DNA of 64,000 bases, taken from NCBI GenBank assembly GCA_001179505.1, contig CDMY01000285.1:1-64000 (forward strand), in the 5' to 3' direction. Position numbers and translations under genes: made by a program. Below the pieces are notes generated by a model that searched no databases, was not told where the DNA came from, and saw nothing but the letters and a program-made list of their open reading frames with translations. This DNA comes from Vitrella brassicaformis CCMP3155. Taxonomy: Eukaryota > Protista > Chromerida. Shown here piece by piece: positions 39,801-49,783 of the stretch (the first letter of the stretch is position 1; each line of letters starts with the position of its first letter).

Positions 39801-40204
39801 GGCATGCGGGGGCCCCAACGATTCTCAATCCACAGGTCGGTCAGCCAGCCAGACACAACACAACACCAAGTAAAGTAGTACCCCCCTGTCTTTCTTTCTG
39901 TCTGACTGTCTGTCTGTCTGTGTGTGTGGTGTCCCCTCCCTCCCTCAGGGCGTTCGGTGAGGATCGGCTGCCGTCGGCCCACACGTGCTTCAACCAGCTC
40001 GACCTGCCCGAGTACTCCAACGAAGACCAACTCAAGTCAGCACCAACCAATCACATACATCAACACGACAGACACCCAGTCACACCGCTCCCTCCCATTC
40101 CCTTGCTGTCTGCCTGCCTGTCTGTCTGTGTCCGAATGCCTGTGTGCAGGACGAAGCTCATCCAGGCGATCCACGAGGCCCGCGAGGGCTTCGGCTTCAT
40201 CTGA
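15822..40204 (+). CDS. HUWE1: HUWE1/TOM1/UPL1-type giant HECT E3 ubiquitin ligase
   Basis: HUWE1-like N-terminus (MRIEY...[10 protein letters not shown]|[14 protein letters not shown]), helical-repeat exons, a UBA domain, an acidic tract, ubiquitin-binding (DUF4414/UBM) repeats and a complete C-terminal HECT domain ending EGFGFI*. Dozens of introns, plus a 5'-UTR intron at 15754-15820. Confidence 0.95.
22990..23109 (+). other. UBA domain within the HECT ligase
   Basis: [40 protein letters not shown] contains the MGF loop and the AxxW helix. Confidence 0.9.
29401..29712 (+). other. Hyper-acidic D/E tract of the HECT ligase
   Basis: [32 protein letters not shown]...[15 protein letters not shown]1 orthologues have a central acidic region. 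Confidence 0.85.
32065..33535 (+). other. Ubiquitin-binding motif repeats (DUF4414/UBM) of the HECT ligase
   Basis: [51 protein letters not shown]|[20 protein letters not shown]. Confidence 0.85.
35906..35999 (+). repeat. Coding hexamer repeat (CCAGCN)n encoding a Pro-Ala run
   Basis: Translates as [31 protein letters not shown] inside a long exon of the ligase. Confidence 0.9.
38313..40204 (+). other. HECT catalytic domain; catalytic Cys codon at 39986-39988
   Basis: [88 protein letters not shown]. Confidence 0.97.
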
Positions 40205-40422
40205 GGGCGGGGGGCGGGGCATCCAGTGGGGGCGATCGCAGCGTAGAGTGAGTGGTGGAGCGCTCACCAGTGGGGGAGTGGCGGAGGAGGAGGAAGAGAT
40301 CATGATGATAGCCATCGAGGTGGATGGATCGTCCGCTTAACAAAACAAGCCAGCTGTAGTGTGTCTTCAACAGACAGACCGACCGCTGTAGAGTAGTGTA
40401 CCCCCCCCCCCCCCCCCCCCCC

Positions 40423-40722
40423 NNNNNNNNNNNNNNNNNNNNNNNNNNNNNNNNNNNNNNNNNNNNNNNNNNNNNNNNNNNNNNNNNNNNNNNNNNNNNN
40501 NNNNNNNNNNNNNNNNNNNNNNNNNNNNNNNNNNNNNNNNNNNNNNNNNNNNNNNNNNNNNNNNNNNNNNNNNNNNNNNNNNNNNNNNNNNNNNNNNNNN
40601 NNNNNNNNNNNNNNNNNNNNNNNNNNNNNNNNNNNNNNNNNNNNNNNNNNNNNNNNNNNNNNNNNNNNNNNNNNNNNNNNNNNNNNNNNNNNNNNNNNNN
40701 NNNNNNNNNNNNNNNNNNNNNN
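40423..40722. other. Assembly gap (300 N) after a poly-C tract
   Basis: 22 C on the left; CCCACCTGGC follows the gap. Confidence 0.98.
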
Positions 40723-41335
40723 CCCACCTGGCCCCGTTCGGTGTGTTGAGTGAGTTGACTGGTTGTTCATTGGATGGCTGGATGGCTGGCTGGCTGGCCA
40801 TCGCAAGAGAGCAGGCAGGCCTCTAGATAGGGGGCAGGCAGGCAGGCAGGTAGCATTCGACCGATGGCCACATTTGGATGGGTCGGTCATGAAGATTTCT
40901 TGTTTGCGCATGGGGGGCCCGGCCATTGCGAGTCACTCAGACGGTCTGTGTGCTGGCTGCCTGCTTCCCTGCCTGCCTGCCTGCCTGCCTGTGTCTCCCT
41001 CTCTCTCTCTTGAGAAGGGAGGAGTGTAGCCCAGCCCAGCCCAGCCAGCCATTCATTCAGGAGTGAGCGGTTTGTTTGCTCATCGTTTAATCGTGGCAGA
41101 GCCGCGTTGCGTGTGGTGATCGATGCGTGTGTGTGTCTGTATGGCTGTGTGTGTGTGTGTGCTGAGACATTGCCCCGCGGACCACAGATCTGCATGCGCT
41201 CTTTTTTACCTTTCTGCCTTGCCTGTCTGCCTGACTCCATGGCTGCACGCCTACCCCTTGTATCTGTTTGCAGTGCCTGCGCGTCATAACAATGGCTAAA
41301 TAGCCAAAGGTGGAAGGCAAAACATCAAGAGGGTA

Positions 41336-41370
41336 TAGGGTTTCAAGAAAGGGTTTCAAGCGAAGGGTTT
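41336..41370 (-). promoter_or_regulatory. Three AGGGTTT telomere-like (telo-box-like) motifs upstream of the ankyrin gene
   Basis: TAGGGTTT at 41336, AGGGTTT at 41350 and 41364. The unit AGGGTTTCAAG repeats. Confidence 0.45.
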
Positions 41371-41668
41371 GTTGACGCGCCTTTCGCCAGGTTTAGATTC
41401 CGACGTCCTCTACGTCAGCGTCAGATCTCCGACAGCATAGCGAGCCCCAGCCTGTCCCAGTTCTCTGTCGCAGTCAGCTTAAGCAATTGTCTGTGTGGTG
41501 AGGATCTGGCTCTGTCGAGAGAACACACAAAAGGTCTGTATGTGAGAGGCACAAGGAGTGAAAGGCGGTCGTCAAACAAGCAAGGGCCCTTGTTCATCTC
41601 CTGTCGGTTTCCGTTAGGTCGTCAAGGGGCGCTCCTCCTCCACTGCATCTGACGGGCTCCACCACATC

Positions 41669-44437
41669 ATGACCACACTGCAAGCAGCAGGTGATGAGCA
41701 CTGGCCGCAGCACTCGGGCGGTGCGGGGCCTCTGATGGACGTTGACCAAGTACAGCAAGACCAGGGCGCCGTCATCGGACCGTTCGAGGGGCACACTGTG
41801 GGTCAACAGAGGCGTGGACCATGCGCGCCGCTTCCGGACCGTCACGAAGGACCAGCCTCTCGTGGCCGTCCCCCTCTCTCTCGAGGTGGCAGATGAGCTC
41901 TCCTTCACGTGTGAGGGTGACGGCAATGTGGCCATCGAGGTGGTCTGGCGCTCTCAGAGGTAACGGACAGCACAATGTGTTTGCCACCTCTAAACGCACT
42001 GCTTTTGCCTCTTTGTGTCCATCAGCACTGGTGGTGGGGCGGCGCCCGTCAAGCTCCTCCACATCGCTGCACCTGCTCCTGCCCATGCAGCGACGGACGA
42101 CGAGCACCAGGAGGGCGGCGGGGGTGAAATGATAGACATCGACGCAGTGCACCAGGACGGCACTGAGGCTGACGGTCAGCAAGTGCTGAACCAACGACAC
42201 ACGAAAGACGCGGCGAAACAAATCTGACGATGTTTGTATATGTCCAGGCCCAGGCAAGCAGGAGGGCGATGGGATGACCGTCGAGGGAGAGGGTCCGCAG
42301 GCACCAGCTGAGAGCGAATCTGTGAGGCACTCATTCATTCATCAGTACACCGCCGGTCGATGTATGCGATATATGCGACTCACTCGTCGCCCTCTCGTTC
42401 CTTCCCATCTCGGTTTTGTGTGTGTGGGTGGCACGCAGGACAGCGAGGAGGAGGAGGAGGAGGACGAAGAGGAGGAGGAGGAGGAGGACGAGGAAGACGA
42501 CCGCTATAAGGAGGACGACGACACCCTCGACGACGACAGCGATATCGATATCGACGACGAAAGCGATATAGACGACGGCCATGAGGAGGAAGGTACGCCA
42601 GATAGACGGCAGAGAAGGCGATGCTCACACACGTTCGCTCACTGTGTGCCTCGTGTGGTGGGTGGCTATGTGGTGTTGTGCTGCAGGCGTAGCGATCGAC
42701 CATGTCGCGGCCACCTCACTCGCTGTGCCGGACGGCTGCGTGGGAGCGGACGAGATCGAGGCCGTGTTCCCCCGCGGCACCAGCAAGGCCACCAAGGACC
42801 TGGCAGTGGGCGTCATCAATCGCACCATCACCAAACAGCGAGTGACCCACCTCCTCGGGCAGGGGGCCAACCCCAACGTCAAGCCTCGACTGAGAAGCCG
42901 TCTGCCCGACGGCGACGACTTCAGGAACACGTCGGGTTTGTGGAGGAACTACTCCCTCCTCGTCCTCGCCATCCAGAACAAGTCCGACTACACCGTCCCA
43001 ATCATCCGCGAGTACTACGTGAGCGGCCGTATCATCGTCCTGCCCCAGTGGCCCTCTGGTGAGCAGCAGTCGGCCGTCATGGAGGCACTCATCGAGGCAG
43101 GGGCCGACCCCAACGCGGCATCAATCAGTTGGGTCGTGGACAGACCCATGTGTGTGGCGGTCTCGTCCGGTGACGAGACGGCATTCAACGTGCTCATGGC
43201 GCGTCACGTCCGTCTGCGCCACTCGTTCGACCTGGACCACGGGCATCCGGTGCTGGAGCTCCGCGATGCCCGTGGTCGGCCCCCCGACGAGTACCTGCAG
43301 GTGCTGCTGTCCATGTACCAGCGCCTCGTCGAGCTCGATCCCACCCTCGCCACCGAACGAGACGAGGATGCCAGTGGCGACAACCTGGTGCACATAGCGC
43401 GGGGGGGGCGCTACCCCGAATGGTTCATCGACGCCTACCTCAACCTCATCACAGAGCACGGCGCCGACATCGCGGCAGAGAACAACAACAGATGGACGCC
43501 ACTGCACAAAGCGGCAGATGTGGGCTCTCCCCACGTGGCCCAGTTCCTCTGCCGCAAGCTGCCCACTGCGGACATCAACAACAGACAGAACAGCATTCAC
43601 CAGACGCCCCTCGCCAGAGCTGCCGGCGACCTCAGTCACCTCACCCAGCAGCTTCAGGACCCCAACACGTCCGAGGCCGACAAGGTGGAGTGTCGTGCCG
43701 AGCTTGACAACCTCAAGCTGACCATCCGGACGCTGCTGCGGGCGGGCGGCGACATCAGCAGCATCCCCACAGACACACAGGAGGGCCACCGTCAGCGCCA
43801 GCTGGTGGTGGACGAGTACGCCACGGTGCTCAACAAGGTGGGCGCTATCGTCACGGATGCCGTCAATGATGCCCTCGCCCCCCACCGCTCTCTCGCGGCC
43901 GTCCTCACCCACCTGCTGCCCCTCGCCCCCCACCATGACGGCGCCAAACCCCACCCCACTCCATCCATCCTCTCATTCGGCCCACACGAGTCCACCATCT
44001 TCGGCTGGGACATCGCATCATACCCCTTCGATGTGGATACAGCGGCATCGGCCACCACTGAGGCCATCGGCATGCGACACACCGACCTGGCCCGGCGTGT
44101 GTGTGCGGCAGCGAAGCACTTCTTTCTCTCGGCGGTGAAGGCCAGCAGCAACAGGGAGGTGGTCGGCGGGACGAGGCATGAGCAGCGAGGCAACAAGCGC
44201 GGCAAGGTGCCTGTGCCACCGCTGCAGTGTTTTGTGGTGGGCGGTGTGGGTGGCCGCAAGATGGAGTTGCGTGAGGTGGTGCAGCGGGCCATCCTGGACG
44301 AGGCGGCCAAGTGGGAGGTGGGGGAGATCGACAACGGCTTCAGCACGGATGTGCCGGCCATCGAGTGGGGGGCGGTGGGGTGGGTCGACAAGGGGCGGGA
44401 CGGGAGGCAGACATTCAGATCGCTGCAGCTCACATGA
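41669..44437 (+). CDS. Ankyrin-repeat protein with an N-terminal nucleoplasmin-like segment and acidic tract; frame break in exon 1 (possible pseudogene or assembly error)
   Basis: Ankyrin-type motifs ALIEAGADPN, ITEHGADIAAENNNRWTPLHKAADVGSPHVAQFL, QTPLARA, LLRAGGD in the 1.75-kb exon 42688-44437. Upstream exons (to 41959; 42026-~42175; 42248-~42321; 42440-42591) splice in phase. The ATG at 41669 is out of frame with the 41742-41959 segment. Confidence 0.8.
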
Positions 44438-45166
44438 GCGAGGCAATGAAACAGGTAGTTTTGCGTCAAGAGAGCTGGGTGCTCTCTGGTCAGCTGCTCG
44501 TCTCTGTCTTTTTGGCCTCCGTTTTCAAGCTGAGACGATTGCTGTCGGGTGGTGTCCTGTCTGTCTTGTTGTGCACACTCACTCTTTGCTGGTGTTGCTG
44601 CTGTGCCGTGTTGGTGGTGGGGGTGGCGGTGGTGATGGTGTGCTGCAGCCGCCGAAGTATTTCCCGAAGGGCACAGCAGCGTCGTGTGTGTGTGTGTGCT
44701 CTATGTGAGGGTGCGGGGTGCGGCTGACTGCTGCGTACCGCTGCGTGAAATGCTGACGGATGGTGTCAGTGAGTGAGTGAGTGCTGTATTAGGCCTTTAT
44801 CCTCTCTCTCTCTCTCTCTGTGTGGGGGGGGGGGTGCATGTTTGTGTCATCGGCATAATGTCAAGGAGGTGTGCCGATGAAATCGTTTTTGTGTCTTGAG
44901 TGTGTCTGATTGTTTTCTAGTGGCGCGGACTGGACACCGATTTGACATACACGCTGGCGGATGGGATACACACACAGACTGATGAATGAATGAGTGGGGA
45001 ACGTCAGCACAACATAGCACACTAACGTCCACGCACACCCATGGAGACCATGCAGCCAGCACCCTTAATTAAATCCAACACCACCACAGCACAGCACCGA
45101 AAAACACCCCACAGCAACCGTCTCATCTCATCTCGGTTCGCATGTTTCCATGTAGGCCGCCATCAA

Positions 45167-47297
45167 TCAGATCTGATGCGGCCGCGACGCTATCCACGGC
45201 GGCACGTAATATGACGACTGCACAATCGACACATACAAAGTTACACACGCATGGCCTGTCAGGTTCTGTGCGATGGGATCTCTTGCTCACCGATTTGGGA
45301 AACGACGAACTGGGCGAGCCTGACGGCAGCACAGACGTCTCCTGCTGCTGCTGCTGTGCCTGCAAGCCGCCACTTGCCGACTCGTCCCCCCTGCCCCTGA
45401 TGGCGCTGTCGGCACTGTCCCTCTGGCCGCCGTGATATTGGTAGCTCGACGCACTGCTGACCGTGCTGTGGGTGCTGGAGGTGAGGCTCGTGTCCATCTG
45501 CGGGGGCGGGGTGAAAGAGGAGGGGTGGCTGGTGGTGGTGTGGGTGCCGTTGATGGCTGCCCGTGTGGTGCCGATGGGCGGGACGGCGTTGAGGTTGGAG
45601 GGCTCGAGGACCTTGGGAGGGGGGGACTTGGACTCGACAGACGTCATGGGCAGATAACTCTGAGGCCTGGTGACAACACAACATGGCACACACGACGGAT
45701 GAATGGATGGATGGATGGATGGTCTGTGTGTGATTGGTGTACCGACCTAGCGGCGCTGCCTCCGGGTTTCTTGCCGAGCAGCAGCCGTCTGAGGAACCTC
45801 CGGAGTGAGGCAGGCAGCCGCACTCGCCGCCTGCCGCCCTCCGCCCCCGCCATTGGCACATCGTCCTTGCCGCTGTAGAGGTACATGGCGACGATGACGA
45901 GTGAGGTGCCGACGACATAGAAAAGGGATGGCGTGAAGTCGCCGATGAGGTGGTAGGAGAGCAGACACGACAGGGCGATGGACGTGGCGTTGCCGAAACA
46001 CTTCAAGATGTTGTCCGCATACTTGAGCACCGCCGCCACGACCATCCCGCCCAAAGCCTACAGGTAGGCGATGGAGTCCATCCTTGTGTCATGTCCGTGT
46101 GTAGCTAGCTGCCTTGTTCTCACTGGTTGCTTGCCTGCAGGAGGATGACGGTCCAGACGAGGCCGTTGTAGCCCTGGAAGAAGCCATCTCGCGCCACCGC
46201 GGCTCCGTCGTAGACCAGGCAGCCCGCCAGACCCATCATGGCACCAAACAGAGCAAGCTGGATGTTGCGAACCCTCCACACACACATAAAGTAGAGACAC
46301 ACACACACACAGAGCAAACCATCGGCATGGTTCGATCGTGCCAGCTGCTATTTCCACTCCTCTCTTACCAGATGGACACCTTCGCCCCTTTGAGGATTCT
46401 TTCCAGCAACACGCCAGCCAGCCCTACCACCACACACGCCGCACAAGGCGTCCGTCCTGACATGTTCCGACTCGCTCCCCTCCTATCTACCTGAGGTAAA
46501 GCACGCGGCGAGGACGGCCGCCAGTCCGATGGCCGTGGAGCCGCCGAATGTGTCTGGCTTCACGGCATTGTTGCTGGAGGGCGGGATCTGGATGAGGGCC
46601 ACGCCGGCCGTCAGGACGATGAGCGACAGCCACTTGAGCAACGACAGCTGCTTGTGCAGAATCATCACCGACAGCAATGCAGTGGTCAGGATCTTCAGCT
46701 GATACGTCACCTGCACCATCCACCAACGGCAGGCAGAGGAAACACACACACACACACACACATCGTCTGTCCAAATGTCTGTCCGTGTCTGTGCATGGGC
46801 AGCCGACGACTGACTGACTGACTGACCTGATACATGGCCCCGCTGAGGTGGGAGAGGGCGACGAAGAGGAGGTTGTTCTGGATGGTGTAGAGGAGGGCGG
46901 GGATGCCCACTTTGAGGGTGGTCATGGGCTTGGCGAAGACCTCAGTGCGGAAGAGCCTCACCAGCCTGTCCACCTGGAAGCTGTTCTCCTGCCACACAAG
47001 AACCACCGACGCCACTAGCTTCAGGATCTAGCCATCACACACCACACACACAGACCAATGGAAGACTGCTTCTGTGCGCTTCTTGCGTTGTGTTGTGTTC
47101 GCGTGATCTGGTCTTCTGACCTCGCTGCTGACGACGGCGGATGTGTTGAGGTATCTGGGTCCGTCCGTCTTGACCATCCTGCTGTAGCGCATGGTGATGA
47201 CGACAGCGGTCGTCTGGAACACGAGCGCCGCCAAGGACACCACCTTCATGGGCACCTTGACGCCACACACTACCATCGACGGACCTTCTTTCCCCAT
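45167..47297 (-). CDS. Nucleotide-sugar transporter, SLC35A (UDP-Gal/CMP-Sia) family
   Basis: [54 protein letters not shown]|[59 protein letters not shown]. Long low-complexity C-terminal tail. The last exon is in phase to TGA at 45167-45169. Confidence 0.95.
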
Positions 47298-47529
47298 TAT
47301 CGATACTGCCGAGCTTAATTGAGATGCCGGTCAGTTGCGGCCGCTTCTCCTCCTTTGCGAGCTTAGAAATGAGGAGGGAAGCGATCGTACGGGTTTTTCC
47401 CACTGTCGGGACGATTCTGGAGGTCAGCTGAGGCGTCAGAAGAGCCCTGTGACGAGATTGGTGGCTGATCTTGACGTTTTCTGAAGAGCCCCATTGCAGC
47501 GTTCCTGCGGATCTGCCAATGTGATCTCG

Positions 47530-49254
47530 ATGCGTCTGTGGACGAATCGGGTGTTGGAGGTGGTGACCATCGCCGTGTTTTCTGCCCTGTCGCTGTGGCA
47601 GGGTGCCCTTCTCCTCCTCAACCACAGGCAACACTTGTGGACTGCGACAAGCCAGGCCGGGATAACGACAGCGGGGGACACGTCGGCAGCGCCTGTCCAT
47701 GAAGGCGTTCCCAACACGAAGGAGCCGTTGCAACAGCAGGGCGACACAAGAATGGGTAACAGAAATCACGAAAACAAGACGATGGATGGCGAACGGGCGG
47801 AAAAGGCTGGGGAGAGGAGGTGGCGGGACGTGTTTGTCGTTACCGGAGCAGACAGGAAACAGTACCAGGTAGGTAGGGTAGGTCAGTCATCATTCCAAAC
47901 AAGCACAGCGCACGAGGGAAAGCGGCATGGAGGCTGGCTTCTCTTCCTTCGGTCTTCCTCCCCCGATGTTTCCTTCAGGCCATCTTGGCCCTGGTGCGCT
48001 CCATATCTGAGAGTGCCCGGAGCTCAATCAGCCGTAGGCGCCTCAATATTGTCGTGGCAGTGGAGCGACAAGACCAGCACTGCATGACCAAGGCAAGGCA
48101 GGCAGGCCAACTTTCATCAGACGAGAGGAGGACTGTGCTGTTGTGCTGTTGCAGATGCTTGAGTGCGGTGGCTATGCCGTCAGCGGCAGTGCGCCGAACG
48201 CCACTCTCCCTCATCTGTCGTCATCGCAGTCCCTCCGCGTGTTTGTGCTGGGCATCAGCCCGACAGAGGTGCGGCTTGCAGCGGGGCAGCACTCGCAGGT
48301 TGGTTAGATGTAGAGAGCCTCTGGCGGACGCAAGAGGGCTATGGTTGGCTGTCTGTGTGCAGGTGCTGTTCAACTTCGTCCGTTTCTATCTGCCTGAGCT
48401 GCTGCCCACGGCCGCCAAGGCCATATGGCTAGACGCAGACATGCTCGTCAAGGTAACGAAAGGCAAGCGCCCGGAACAAACATCGCCATACCATGTCGCA
48501 CAACGCTGTCCTCCTCTTTCATTCAGTCGGACATCACATGGCTGGCAGGCATGTGTTTTGTCGACGACCGATCTCGTGAGCACGTCGGCCTTGCAGCTGT
48601 GAAGCGTGAGGGCTTCACGTTCGTCAAGAAGTTCCGCAACAAACCCGCCTTCGAAGAGGTCCTGCGAGTGCATCTCAAAGTCGACACCTCCAAGAGCATG
48701 TTTAATGCAGGCAGGCGACAGAAGCCCTGCCTGCCCATAACACACACAAAGATCATCGCCTACACACCCACGTATGCATGGTATGGCCATCTGTGGGTGC
48801 AGGTATGTGTGTGCTGAATCTGGATTACTGGCGCCGTCACCGGCTGACGGAAGAGGTGGAGCGTTTGGTGTATCGCATGAGGTCGCTGGGAGTGGGGCGG
48901 TACGGCGGGCAGTCGACCGTGGAGAGCAGCCAGATCCCGCTGTGCGTCCTGTTCGCCAGCAGACAGGTCCAGCCTCTGTCATGGAAATGGAACTCACTGC
49001 ACTTCGGCTGGAGCAAGAAACTCAGATCGCGGGTGGGAAAGAGGGAGAGACACGGACGTGCTGTGCTGTGCTGTGCTGTGCTGCGAGCGCGGCAAGCCAT
49101 TGTGGTGTTTGTCCTCGTGTCGTGTCAGGTGAGGGCATCGAGAATAATGCATTTCAACGGGTATTACAAGCCATGGAGCCCCGATGGGCTGTACCAGGAC
49201 GTGTGGCGGGCATACTTTGACCCAATCAGCCACTGCTACAGACACTGTCTTTGA
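47530..49254 (+). CDS. Glycosyltransferase family 8 (GT-A fold), type II membrane protein
   Basis: N-terminal TM anchor (VLEVVTIAVFSALSLWQGALLLL), NFVRFYLPELLP, AIWLDADMLVK (DxD), FNA|GMCVLNLDYWR, SQIPL, WNSLHFG, IMHFNGYYKPW. Confidence 0.92.
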
Positions 49255-49783
49255 CCGTCTCGATCAGGTCCAAACCGTTGTCTCTTGGCATATCTCTTGG
49301 CTGAACACATGAGCACAACACACCGAGGCCTTGCCGTAGGTCACACGCGGAAAGTGGGCTGGAGGGGAAGGACGTGTGCGCCGTTTTTAGACTCAACTGC
49401 TGCCATGCCATTGGCCTGAATGTATGAGTGACTCTGAGGGATCGATCGGTTAATGTCAGTGTTGCTCATGGTTTGTCCGCCGTGTAGTTGTCTTATGAAT
49501 CAATCATGATTTCCCAAACTCATGTATATATATAACCATGCAGCGCACACCAGCACACCATCCAATCGACTACCTGCCTGCCCGCCCTCCTGCCCACTCT
49601 CCTCCGCTATCGTTGTGTGTGCCTCTCTCTCTGACTCTCTCTGGATTGTGCTCTCAATACTGCAGTTGTGCGAACAGGCAGCCAGCCATCCATCCAGCTA
49701 TCCAAGCACACCACTCACTCGACCATACACACATACGCGCACCGATCGAGCAATTCCCGCCCACCGTCCAGTAATTATTCAAT

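Noticed and set aside
38642-40204. 520-aa ORF as a separate HECT gene
   Set aside because: It is a patchwork of in-frame and out-of-frame exons and introns at the 3' end of the single large ligase gene.
15884-40315. Numerous minus-strand ORFs of 100-400 aa overlapping the HECT ligase (e.g. 28770-29660, 31913-33103, 35624-36496)
   Set aside because: Antisense shadows of GC-rich, low-complexity coding exons. They translate to S/L/C/R runs with no motifs.
42581-42687. Start of the 618-aa ankyrin ORF at 42581
   Set aside because: The first ~35 codons run through an intron (donor 42592, acceptor 42687). The true exon starts at 42688 and joins upstream exons.
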